Assembly (NCBI GenBank): GCA_050305935.1
Contig: JBNLGG010000040.1
Coordinates: 1 to 39,478 of the forward strand
DNA length: 39,478 nucleotides
Reading direction: 5' to 3'
Source: Cyclobacteriaceae bacterium
Lineage (GTDB): Bacteria; Bacteroidota; Bacteroidia; Cytophagales; Cyclobacteriaceae
The notes beneath the pieces were generated by a model. It ran no database searches. It had not been told where the DNA came from and was given only the letters and a program-made list of their open reading frames with translations. Made by a program: the position numbers and the translations under genes. Below, one piece after another: positions 8,754-17,467 of the stretch; the stretch's first letter is position 1; the number at the start of each line of letters is the position of its first letter.

Positions 8754-9799
8754 TCTGATCTGCTTTCGACTGCGATAATAGCACCTGAAATGATCTTGTC
8801 AAATTTATTTTCGTCAAAAAGGAATTCATATTTTATTGGCAGATAGCCTGGCTTCACATTGTTTTCCTGAAACATGGGTAAATATGACTGCAAACGCCCG
8901 TAATCTTTCTCCGTAGTCAATACGACCGTTCCAGGCCCATATTTCAAAGCTTTATCGATAATTTTCTGAACGTCGCTGCCAGAGTAGCGATGATGGTCAG
9001 CAAAGCGAATACCTTCTTTTGCATTATATTTTTCCTTAATGTATTCTTCGAATGGCTCCGGGTTCCCGATTCCCGACAGGGTCAAAATATTTGCTTTCGA
9101 CTCAATTTCACCTGCCAAAACGGGTGCACCGTATTTGATTTGGGTAAAAAACACTGGCTTCCCCGGTGCATACCGCTCGATTTCCTGGGCAATCTTTTCG
9201 GTTTCGTCCCTTGCCAATTTTGCCGGGCATTTGGTCACAACGATTACATCTGCACGATTTGCCCCTTTTCTGGATTCACGCAGTAACCCCATTGGCAACA
9301 CCTGGTCTTTGTAAAAAGGTCTCGAAAATTCTGTGATCAATATATTTAGGGCGGGCTTTACATATCGATGTTGGAAAGCGTCATCCAGCAGGATCAGGTT
9401 AACATCTTCTTTATTGAACAAAATCTCGGGAATGGCGACGGCGCGCTCCTCACCTACCGCTACTGATACCTTATCTTTATATTTCCGGTAAAATTGGAAA
9501 GGCTCGTCACCAATGGTTGCAGCCGTGTCTTCATCATTGGCCAGGCGAAAGCCACGAGTCTTCCTGCCATAACCACGGCTGAGGGTAGCAATGGAGTAAG
9601 TAAAATGCAGCTTTTCAATCAGGTACTCGATCATCGGCGTTTTGCCTGAACCTCCCGCGATAAGGTTCCCTACACTAATTACCGGCACCTCAAACTCAAC
9701 CGATTTCTTATAACCGATATCAAAGAGGTAATTTCTCAAATCGGTAATCATCCGATAGAGTAGAGCAAATGGAAGTAAAAGTATCTTAAAAAACTTCAC
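8750..9799 (-). CDS. lpxK: tetraacyldisaccharide 4'-kinase
   Basis: P-loop VISVGNLIAGGSGKTP and overall LpxK architecture. Confidence 0.9.
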   Translation of the reverse strand: MKFFKILLLPFALLYRMITDLRNYLFDIGYKKSVEFEVPVISVGNLIAGGSGKTPMIEYLIEKLHFTYSIATLSRGYGRKTRGFRLANDEDTAATIGDEPFQFYRKYKDKVSVAVGEERAVAIPEILFNKEDVNLILLDDAFQHRYVKPALNILITEFSRPFYKDQVLPMGLLRESRKGANRADVIVVTKCPAKLARDETEKIAQEIERYAPGKPVFFTQIKYGAPVLAGEIESKANILTLSGIGNPEPFEEYIKEKYNAKEGIRFADHHRYSGSDVQKIIDKALKYGPGTVVLTTEKDYGRLQSYLPMFQENNVKPGYLPIKYEFLFDENKFDKIISGAIIAVESRSE

Positions 9800-9847
9800 G
9801 GGGCTTGAGGCAATTTCTTAATTTTAGCTCCGCAAAGTTCAATAATT

Positions 9848-10945
9848 ATGTCAAAAATTAAAGAGATCACGTCCTATTTAGATCAATACGCCCCGCGCAG
9901 CTACCAGGAATCGTATGACAATTCCGGATTACTGGTGGGTGATACAGCAAATGAGCTTCAGGGAGTGATGATTTCCCTGGACGTGACCGAAGGAGTAATC
10001 GATGACGCCATTGCCAATAATTGCAATGTAATTGTGTCTCACCATCCCGTCATTTTCAGAGGAATAAAAAAGCTGACCGGAAGCAACGATGCAGAAAGAG
10101 CCATTCTGAAAGCAATTAAAAACGACATTGCCTTGTATGCGATTCATACCAACCTTGACAATGTCCACACTGGCGTGAACAAAAAGATCTGCGATACAAT
10201 TGGCCTGGTCAACACAAAAATACTTCAGCCAAAAACAGATACCCTCAATAAACTCACCACCTTCATTCCCACAAGCAACACACGGGAAGTGATGGACGCA
10301 GTGTTCAACGCAGGTGCAGGAAAAATCGGTGACTATTCCAATTGCAGTTTTAAGGTGACAGGCACAGGAACTTTTCTACCTAGTGAAAAAGCAAATCCCC
10401 ACATTGGCACGTCAGGCAACCAGGAAGAAGTAACGGAAGATCGCGTGGAAGTAATTTTCCCCGCACATTTAAGCTCAAAAATTGTCAACGCATTAAAAAA
10501 GGCCCATCCCTATGAAGAAGTAGCATTCTACCTGTACGAATTGATCAATGAAAATCCTGAGGTGGGATCAGGCATGACAGGTGAACTAGAAATTCCTTTG
10601 TCAGAAAAAGAATTCCTTGATCACCTCAAAAAAAGGATGAACCTTTCGGTCATTAAACATACCCATTTCACAGGTAAGCAGATCAGGAAAGTCGCTGTTT
10701 GCGGGGGTGCGGGAAGCTCTCTTTTACATCGGGCCAAAGCCATTGGTGCACAAGCTTTTGTATCAGCAGATTTTAAGTACCATGAGTATTTTGATGCGGA
10801 CGGTGACATCCTCATTGCGGATATCGGTCATTATGAGAGTGAAATATTTACAAAAGATTTATTATATGAGATTTTAAAGAAAAATTTTCCTAATATTGCA
10901 CTCCATTTGACCAAGGTAGATACAAATCCAATTCTTTATACATAA
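9848..10945 (+). CDS. Nif3-like dinuclear metal centre protein (GTP cyclohydrolase 1 type 2 homolog)
   Basis: YqfO/Nif3 family motifs (VIVSHHPVIF, GHYESE). Followed by a zinc-ribbon gene, as is usual for this family. Confidence 0.85.
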   Translation: MSKIKEITSYLDQYAPRSYQESYDNSGLLVGDTANELQGVMISLDVTEGVIDDAIANNCNVIVSHHPVIFRGIKKLTGSNDAERAILKAIKNDIALYAIHTNLDNVHTGVNKKICDTIGLVNTKILQPKTDTLNKLTTFIPTSNTREVMDAVFNAGAGKIGDYSNCSFKVTGTGTFLPSEKANPHIGTSGNQEEVTEDRVEVIFPAHLSSKIVNALKKAHPYEEVAFYLYELINENPEVGSGMTGELEIPLSEKEFLDHLKKRMNLSVIKHTHFTGKQIRKVAVCGGAGSSLLHRAKAIGAQAFVSADFKYHEYFDADGDILIADIGHYESEIFTKDLLYEILKKNFPNIALHLTKVDTNPILYT

Positions 10946-10948
10946 TAG

Positions 10949-11725
10949 ATGGAAAGATCAGTTTCACAAGTTTTAGACGCACTCGCAAAATTACAATCAA
11001 TAGATTCTGAACTAGATGAGCTAATAAAGATCAGGGGAGCGCTGCCTGAAGAGGTAGGCGATCTGGAAGACGAGATTGCAGGGTACGAGACCCGTATTGA
11101 TAAATTCAACGGGGAGATCGAACGACAAAATGAAGATATCAGCAACAATAAAATTGGAATCCAAAATGCCAATAAGCTGATCCAAAAATATGAAGAGCAA
11201 CAAAGCAATGTTCGCAATAACCGGGAATACGATGCGCTGACCAAAGAGGTAGAATTGCAGCAGTTGGAAATCCAGATCTGCGAAAAGAAGATCAGGGAAG
11301 CTCAGGCGATCATCGAACAAAAAAACGAAGAAATAAACGGCACAAAAGAACTGATGGAGGAACGTCAAAAAGACCTCATCAGCAAAAAGAAGGAGCTTGA
11401 CAACATTGTATCGGAAAGTGAGGATGAGGAGAAGAAACTTCATTCCGACAGGGAAAAAGCTTCAAAAAACATTGAAGAGCGCCTTTTAAAATCTTACAAT
11501 AAGATCAGACAAAATGCCCGAAACGGCCTTGCTGTAGTAAGTGTAAAACGGAGCGCCTGCGGCGGCTGTTTTAATATCGTCCCTCCACAGCGACAGGCAG
11601 AGGTAAAAGAGCGAAAAAAATTGATAGTTTGTGAACATTGTGGTAGAATATTTGCAGACGTTGAGGACGTCGTCGAAGAAGAACCAAAGAAAAAGACGAA
11701 ACGAACTGCCGTAAAAAAGAAATAA
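10949..11725 (+). CDS. C4-type zinc-ribbon domain protein with an N-terminal coiled coil (COG1579-like)
   Basis: Long coiled-coil region followed by CGGC…CEHCGRI and a lysine-rich tail. This is the conserved partner of Nif3. Confidence 0.8.
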   Translation: MERSVSQVLDALAKLQSIDSELDELIKIRGALPEEVGDLEDEIAGYETRIDKFNGEIERQNEDISNNKIGIQNANKLIQKYEEQQSNVRNNREYDALTKEVELQQLEIQICEKKIREAQAIIEQKNEEINGTKELMEERQKDLISKKKELDNIVSESEDEEKKLHSDREKASKNIEERLLKSYNKIRQNARNGLAVVSVKRSACGGCFNIVPPQRQAEVKERKKLIVCEHCGRIFADVEDVVEEEPKKKTKRTAVKKK

Positions 11726-11726
11726 T

Positions 11727-13238
11727 TTGAGCACACATATTATAAAAGATTGTGTAAAAGCGAGGGCAGCGAATCCCTCGCTTTTTTATTTTATTCTACT
11801 TTTTTTCTTCCCTCTTTGCTCCATCGGGCAAAATGTCAACCCCATCGTCCAGGCAGCCTACAAAGATGTGTTAAACCTGGATTTTGATGCCGCCCGCGAC
11901 AAATTGAAATTCCTCCATTCAGATCCTGAAAATAATCCCTATAGCATCTATGTTGCCAATCTGGCCGATGTGCTCCAGGCATATTCTTCAGGAAGCGAAG
12001 AGCTTTTTGATGAGTTAAAAAACTTTGAGTCCATTCGTTTAAACCAGATTAACCGCCTCCCGAACGATAAACCCGAGCGCTTTTTCCTGGAAGCTGAAAT
12101 CAAAATACAGTGGGCATTTGCGAAATTCAGGTACGGCCACTACCTGAAATCTTTCTGGGGGTTTAAACAGGCATACTCGATTGCGGAGAAAGGCCATGAA
12201 TTGTTTCCCGAGTATGTACCACTGAACAAGAGCCTGGGAGTAATTCACACAGTACTCGGATCCTTTCCCGAAAACTACCATTGGCTGCTTTCCATACTCA
12301 ATTCCTCGGGAGATATCGGACAGGGAATGTCGGAATTACAAAAGCTGACCAGAAGCAATTCCATTTTTTATGAGGAATCCATTGCCTATCAATCGCTTTT
12401 TCAAACCTATTTGTTGAATGAAAAAAAACAGGCCCTGGCGAAGATGGACGAATTGCTCCAATTATCGAACCCAAAGGATGTTGTCAAAGCAGTAGCAGTC
12501 CTGGTGTATTTTAAATCTTCACAAAGCCAAAAGGCTGAGTCACTACTGATGGAAATCGAGAAAAAAGGTGTATTGAACACCATTCCCTTCCTCACCTATC
12601 TCATGGGGGAAATCAATCTACAAAAAGGCAATTATATCAATGCGATTCAGTTTTATCATAATTTTATTCATAACAACAAGGGCATCAATTACACCAAAGA
12701 TGCCTACCTGAAAATAGCTTTAAGTCATTGGCTAAACGATGACGGGAATTTTAAGCTCTACATGGAAAAAGCACTGGCAGAAGGCCGCACCGATATCGAC
12801 GCCGATAAAAATGCAGAGTATATCGCAAGCCAGGAACAATTGCCAAACAAGGACCTCCTGAAAATAAGGTATGCAACAGATGGCGGCTATTTTGAGATGG
12901 TGGAAAAAATATTGGCAGAAATCAATATCAAAAATTTTAATAGCGATGAGCTTCTTGAATATCATTACCGCCTTGCACGGTACTATCACCTTACGAATAA
13001 CTTAGTGGACGCCCTGAAAGAATATGATTGGGTGGTACAAAAACAAGGGAAACGAACCTTTTATTTCGCGCCCAATGCCTGCCTCCAATCGGCCTATATT
13101 TACCTGGAGCAGGGACAAAAATCAAAAGCTAAGCATCTACTTGAAAAAGTCCTGACCTACGAAGGTCATCCGTACCAATCCAGCATCGATAAAAAAGCTG
13201 AAATTGAGCTGGAGAAATTATCCTCTCTAAGTAATTAA
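11727..13238 (+). CDS. hypothetical secreted protein, possibly TPR-like; start codon uncertain
   Basis: 503-aa ORF. The annotated ATG precedes a strong terminator hairpin. The hydrophobic segment FYFILLFFFPLCSIG begins immediately after that hairpin. Helical repeat-like composition. Confidence 0.5.
   Translation: MSTHIIKDCVKARAANPSLFYFILLFFFPLCSIGQNVNPIVQAAYKDVLNLDFDAARDKLKFLHSDPENNPYSIYVANLADVLQAYSSGSEELFDELKNFESIRLNQINRLPNDKPERFFLEAEIKIQWAFAKFRYGHYLKSFWGFKQAYSIAEKGHELFPEYVPLNKSLGVIHTVLGSFPENYHWLLSILNSSGDIGQGMSELQKLTRSNSIFYEESIAYQSLFQTYLLNEKKQALAKMDELLQLSNPKDVVKAVAVLVYFKSSQSQKAESLLMEIEKKGVLNTIPFLTYLMGEINLQKGNYINAIQFYHNFIHNNKGINYTKDAYLKIALSHWLNDDGNFKLYMEKALAEGRTDIDADKNAEYIASQEQLPNKDLLKIRYATDGGYFEMVEKILAEINIKNFNSDELLEYHYRLARYYHLTNNLVDALKEYDWVVQKQGKRTFYFAPNACLQSAYIYLEQGQKSKAKHLLEKVLTYEGHPYQSSIDKKAEIELEKLSSLSN
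11759..11788 (+). terminator. rho-independent terminator after the zinc-ribbon gene
   Basis: AGCGAGGG cagcgaat CCCTCGCT followed by TTTTTATTTT. An 8-bp GC-rich stem plus a T-tract. Confidence 0.7.
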
Positions 13239-13242
13239 TATC

Positions 13243-14820
13243 TTAAAAAGGAGGTTCGTCATCGTGATCGTTTCCTGTCGGACCATTCCCGCTGTCGCTG
13301 TTAGCCCGACTCTGGAAGGTGATGGTTTTTGGACCACCTTCAAATTCTCCCGGAATACCTCCACCTCCTGGAAATCCACCACCAAATGGCCCCTGGAAAT
13401 CGAGGTCTGAAAACTTGGTGAACTTGCCGATGAATTTAAGTCTCACAGTATCAAGTGATCCGTTTCTGTGTTTCGCAATGATCACTTCCCCTACCCCTTG
13501 CAGGCTGTTTCCTTCCTCATCAGTGGTAATATTATAATATTCAGGCCGGTATAGGAACATTACCATGTCGGCATCCTGCTCAATAGATCCGGATTCCCTA
13601 AGGTCGGAAAGCTGTGGTCGCTTGTCACCACCTCTCACTTCCACTGCCCTACTCAACTGACTCAGCGCAATGATAGGCACATTTAATTCCTTGGCAATGT
13701 TTTTTAGTGCCCTCGAAATCGATGCGATTTCCTGTTCACGGTTGCCTGAGCCGCCCCCACTTTTTGTGCTGTCGCCCGACATCAACTGCAAATAGTCGAT
13801 GATGATCAGGGATACATCATGCTGGGCGACCAGTTTTCTGGCTTTTGCCCGTAGCTCTAAAATGGAAAGGGCAGGCGTATCGTCAATAAATATAGGCGCT
13901 TCGGATAATTTGGCAGTTTTGTGGATAAGTTGCTCCCATTCGTACTCTTCCAGTTTTCCCTTCTTTATTTTTTCACTGTCCAATTCTGCCTCCGAAGATA
14001 TAAGCCTGTTGACTAACTGAATGCTCGACATCTCCAATGAGAAAATCGCCACCGGCTTTTTAAAGTCTACTGCTGCATTTCTCATGGCCGAGACAACGAA
14101 AGCCGTCTTACCCATACCGGGCCTGGCTGCAATAATCACCAGGTCAGACCTTTGCCAACCGGATGTCACCCGGTCCAGTGCTGTAAACCCGGTAGGAATA
14201 CCAGTCAAGCCATCACCGTTATGTTTCTTGGTTTCGAGCTCGGTAATTGCCTGGTGCATCAGGGAGCTCATGTCTTCGTAGTTCTTCCGAATGTTTACTT
14301 CTGACACTTCAAACAATGACTGTTCGGTTTTATCGAGCAAGTCAAAAACGTCGGTAGTATCTTCGTAGGCTTCCTTATGGATTTTTGACGCAATCGTAAT
14401 CAATTCGCGCTTTATGGCCTTTTCAGTGATGATCCTGGCATGATATTCCACATTGGCCGCTGAACTTACCTTGGAGGTTAGCTCTGAAATATAGTAAGCG
14501 CCCCCTACAAATTCCAGCTTCGCGTTTTTCCTCAGCTGGTTAGTGACTGTCAGGATGTCAATTGGTTCTGACCTGTTAAAAAGCTCTACAATTGCCGCGT
14601 AAATCTCCTGGTTTGCCTCCACATAAAAGCTCTGTGGTTTCAGGATTTCTATGACAGCATTTAAGGCATCCTTTTCTAAAAGCAAAGCGCCTAATACGGC
14701 TTGTTCAAGGTCTACCGCCTGTGGCGGTAGCTTACCTAAACCTTCAGTAAGGCCTGATGATTTAAATGTAGCATGCGCCTTATATCCTGTTCGGAATTTT
14801 GAGGTATTGCTTTGGTCCAT
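13243..14820 (-). CDS. dnaB: replicative DNA helicase DnaB with a Gly-rich, SSB-C-terminus-like tail
   Basis: N-terminal DnaB domain (LPPQAVDLEQAVLGALL), Walker A GMGKTAF and RecA-like C-terminal domain. Preferred start is MDQSNTSKF; an alternative ATG lies at 14856. The tail reads …GGGFPGGGGIPGEFEGG…NDHDDEPPF. Confidence 0.9.
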   Translation of the reverse strand: MDQSNTSKFRTGYKAHATFKSSGLTEGLGKLPPQAVDLEQAVLGALLLEKDALNAVIEILKPQSFYVEANQEIYAAIVELFNRSEPIDILTVTNQLRKNAKLEFVGGAYYISELTSKVSSAANVEYHARIITEKAIKRELITIASKIHKEAYEDTTDVFDLLDKTEQSLFEVSEVNIRKNYEDMSSLMHQAITELETKKHNGDGLTGIPTGFTALDRVTSGWQRSDLVIIAARPGMGKTAFVVSAMRNAAVDFKKPVAIFSLEMSSIQLVNRLISSEAELDSEKIKKGKLEEYEWEQLIHKTAKLSEAPIFIDDTPALSILELRAKARKLVAQHDVSLIIIDYLQLMSGDSTKSGGGSGNREQEIASISRALKNIAKELNVPIIALSQLSRAVEVRGGDKRPQLSDLRESGSIEQDADMVMFLYRPEYYNITTDEEGNSLQGVGEVIIAKHRNGSLDTVRLKFIGKFTKFSDLDFQGPFGGGFPGGGGIPGEFEGGPKTITFQSRANSDSGNGPTGNDHDDEPPF

Positions 14821-14907
14821 AGGGGTCAGTATAAAAAAATAACGAGGTACAAACATACACCTTCTAAATGCCCCTGGAAAATTTTTCTAAGTATAGTTTT
14901 CGATCGT

Positions 14908-14990
14908 TTTTCCACAATCAATTTTCCTTTATCCACACATTTACTAACAAGTTATTAACTTAATAAGAGGTTATGAACATATAATCCACA
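14908..14990 (+). promoter_or_regulatory. cluster of three DnaA-box-like 9-mers in the dnaB/mpl divergent promoter region
   Basis: TTTTCCACA (14908-16), TTATCCACA (14929-37, a perfect consensus) and TAATCCACA (14982-90), all in the same orientation within an AT-rich spacer. Confidence 0.4.
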
Positions 14991-15063
14991 TTTCTTAAAT
15001 TTAGTTTGTCGTCGAATACTTTTGTTATATTTTTGACAACTTAATTAAACCGGCTAGGTAGTA

Positions 15064-16419
15064 TTGGAAAAAGTTCATTTTATATCAATCGGAGGTAGCA
15101 TCATGCACAGTCTTGCTATTGCCCTACATCAAAAGGGGATCAAGGTAACTGGGTCTGATGATGAGATATACAGTCCTTCAAAAGAAAAACTTGAAAAGTA
15201 CGGTCTACTTCCCGCCCAACCGGGATGGCACCCTGAAAATTTAGCAAGTGATCTGGACGCAGTGATCCTGGGAATGCATGCCCGGGAAAACAATCCTGAA
15301 TTGCTAAAAGCAAAAGAGCTGAACATCCCGATTTACTCATTTCCTGAGTATATGAAAAAAGTATCGGAGTCCAAGCAACGGATCGTAATTGCGGGAAGTC
15401 ACGGAAAGACAACGATTACGGGAATGACCATCCATGTGCTTAACCATGTGGGAAAAGAATTCGATTACATGATCGGTGCAGAGCTAAAGGGCTTTGACAA
15501 TCAGGTCAGGCTATCTGACGCTCCTATTATTATCATAGAAGGTGACGAGTACCTGACTTCAGTATTGGATAAGACACCTAAGTTCCTAAAATATGAACAC
15601 CATATTGGACTGATAAGCGGCATCGCCTGGGATCACATCAATGCATTTCCCACTTTCGAAGAGTATGTCCACCAATTTGACATCTTTGGCGACGCCACAC
15701 CGAAAGCGGGGAGTATTATCTTTTGTGGGGATGATAGTCTAGCGACCGTTATTGGCACAAAGGAGAGGGATGATGTCAACCGGCTGGAATATAATACCCA
15801 TCCGCACAAGGTGATAAACGGACAGACTTTCTTAATTACGGAAATCGGCGATGTACCGGTAAAAATATTTGGCAAACATAACATGCAAAATATTGCTGGA
15901 TGCAAGGCCCTCCTGAAAAGAATTGGGATAACGGATGAGCAATTTTATAGTGCAATTCAGAGTTTCGAGAATCCGCGGAAGAGGTTGCAGATAATATTTG
16001 AAGGGCCACACAATTCCGTTTACCTTGACTATGCCCATGCACCTTCTAAAGTGGCCGCTACTTCCAAAGCGGTGAAGGAGCAATACCCCGAAAGGGGATT
16101 GATAGCTGCCGTCGAGTTGCACACTTATAGCAGCCTGAATAAAGAATTTATCGATCAATACCAGGAAAGCCTCAACGACGCCGAAGAAGCTATTGTTTAT
16201 GTCAATCCGGCTAATATTAAAAACGCCAGTGGGCTGCAATACAATGTCGACGACATCCACCAGGCATTCCAGCACCCCAATCTATTTGCTTCGACTGATA
16301 TCGATCAGGTCATTAAAAAACTGCAGGACACCGATTGGAACAATAAAAACCTACTGCTCATGAGTTCCGGCAATTTCGCCAACATGGATACCAGCCAGCT
16401 CATTGAACGTTTATTTTAG
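15064..16419 (+). CDS. mpl: Mur ligase family protein, Mpl-like (UDP-N-acetylmuramate:L-Ala-gamma-D-Glu-meso-DAP ligase)
   Basis: TTG start. N-terminus HFISIGGSIMHSLAIAL…VTGSD and P-loop AGSHGKTTITGM match Mpl/MurC. Its length and lack of MurC-specific regions favour Mpl. Confidence 0.75.
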   Translation: MEKVHFISIGGSIMHSLAIALHQKGIKVTGSDDEIYSPSKEKLEKYGLLPAQPGWHPENLASDLDAVILGMHARENNPELLKAKELNIPIYSFPEYMKKVSESKQRIVIAGSHGKTTITGMTIHVLNHVGKEFDYMIGAELKGFDNQVRLSDAPIIIIEGDEYLTSVLDKTPKFLKYEHHIGLISGIAWDHINAFPTFEEYVHQFDIFGDATPKAGSIIFCGDDSLATVIGTKERDDVNRLEYNTHPHKVINGQTFLITEIGDVPVKIFGKHNMQNIAGCKALLKRIGITDEQFYSAIQSFENPRKRLQIIFEGPHNSVYLDYAHAPSKVAATSKAVKEQYPERGLIAAVELHTYSSLNKEFIDQYQESLNDAEEAIVYVNPANIKNASGLQYNVDDIHQAFQHPNLFASTDIDQVIKKLQDTDWNNKNLLLMSSGNFANMDTSQLIERLF

Positions 16420-16443
16420 TCTCATCAAACCCAACCTCTATTT

Positions 16444-17250
16444 ATGAAATTGCTATTAAAAAACCCTCTCGTATTTTTTGACCTGGAAACCACCGGAATG
16501 AATGTGGCTACTGACCGCGTCATTGAGCTTTCATTTCTGAAGATCCATCCCAATGACCGGCAGGAAACAAAAAACTACCTGGTCAATCCGGGCATTCCCA
16601 TCCCTCCGGAAGTTAGCCTGATCCATGGGATCTATGATAAGGATGTAGTTGACGCCCCGACGTTTAAAAACATTGCGAAAGAACTTTACAAATTCCTTGA
16701 AGGTTGTGACCTGGCGGGGTATAACATTATCAAATTTGACGTCCCAATGCTGGTGGAAGAGTTTCTAAGAAACGATGTGGATTTTGACGTGTCGAAAAGA
16801 AAAATGATTGATGCGCAAAAGCTTTTTTTCCTGATGGAAAAGAGAACACTTTCGGCAGCCTTGAAGTTCTATTGTGGCAAAGAAATGGACAATGCCCACA
16901 GTGCTGAAGCTGATACACTTGCAACTTATGAAGTCCTCAAAAAACAGGTTGAAATGTATGAAAATCAGGAGGTGGAAGACACCTTGGGAAATAAGCTGGG
17001 AATCATTAAGAATGACATGGAAGTCCTTCATAAGATCACCCTCAATAACCTGGTAGACCTGGCGGGAAGAATTGTCATGAATAGTGAAGGCGATGAAATA
17101 TTTAATTTCGGAAAGCACAAAGGCAAAAAAGTGGTCGATGTATTCAAACAGGAACCAAACTATTATGACTGGATGCTTAAAAATGACTTTCCGCTGGACA
17201 CAAAGAGAAAGCTGACTGAAATAAAGCTCCGGGATTTTAAGCTGGGGTAA
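16444..17250 (+). CDS. DnaQ-like 3'-5' exonuclease (DEDDh) with a C-terminal extension
   Basis: Exo I motif FFDLETTG, Exo II and Exo III motif HSAEADT. Confidence 0.8.
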   Translation: MKLLLKNPLVFFDLETTGMNVATDRVIELSFLKIHPNDRQETKNYLVNPGIPIPPEVSLIHGIYDKDVVDAPTFKNIAKELYKFLEGCDLAGYNIIKFDVPMLVEEFLRNDVDFDVSKRKMIDAQKLFFLMEKRTLSAALKFYCGKEMDNAHSAEADTLATYEVLKKQVEMYENQEVEDTLGNKLGIIKNDMEVLHKITLNNLVDLAGRIVMNSEGDEIFNFGKHKGKKVVDVFKQEPNYYDWMLKNDFPLDTKRKLTEIKLRDFKLG

Positions 17251-17467
17251 TTGCCTGGCCTATTCCAGTTGTTTACTTTCAAGACCTTCATCTTGTCTGG
17301 CAAACAGACCTACGTTCATCCTGACGTAAAACTACCTTCCCCTAACCTGTCGGCTTAGTGAATTTCCGGTAGTGCCATTTCTCTTTATTTCGACAGAGTA
17401 AGGCCAATTAATTTTGGAATTGGCATCTAATTGTCATTTTTTTGCTATTAATACACTTTTCTACTTT

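Noticed and set aside
13236-13245. Convergent genes (503-aa ORF and dnaB) only 4 bp apart with no terminator
   Set aside because: Convergent overlap-free packing is common in compact genomes. Nothing further can be inferred from sequence.
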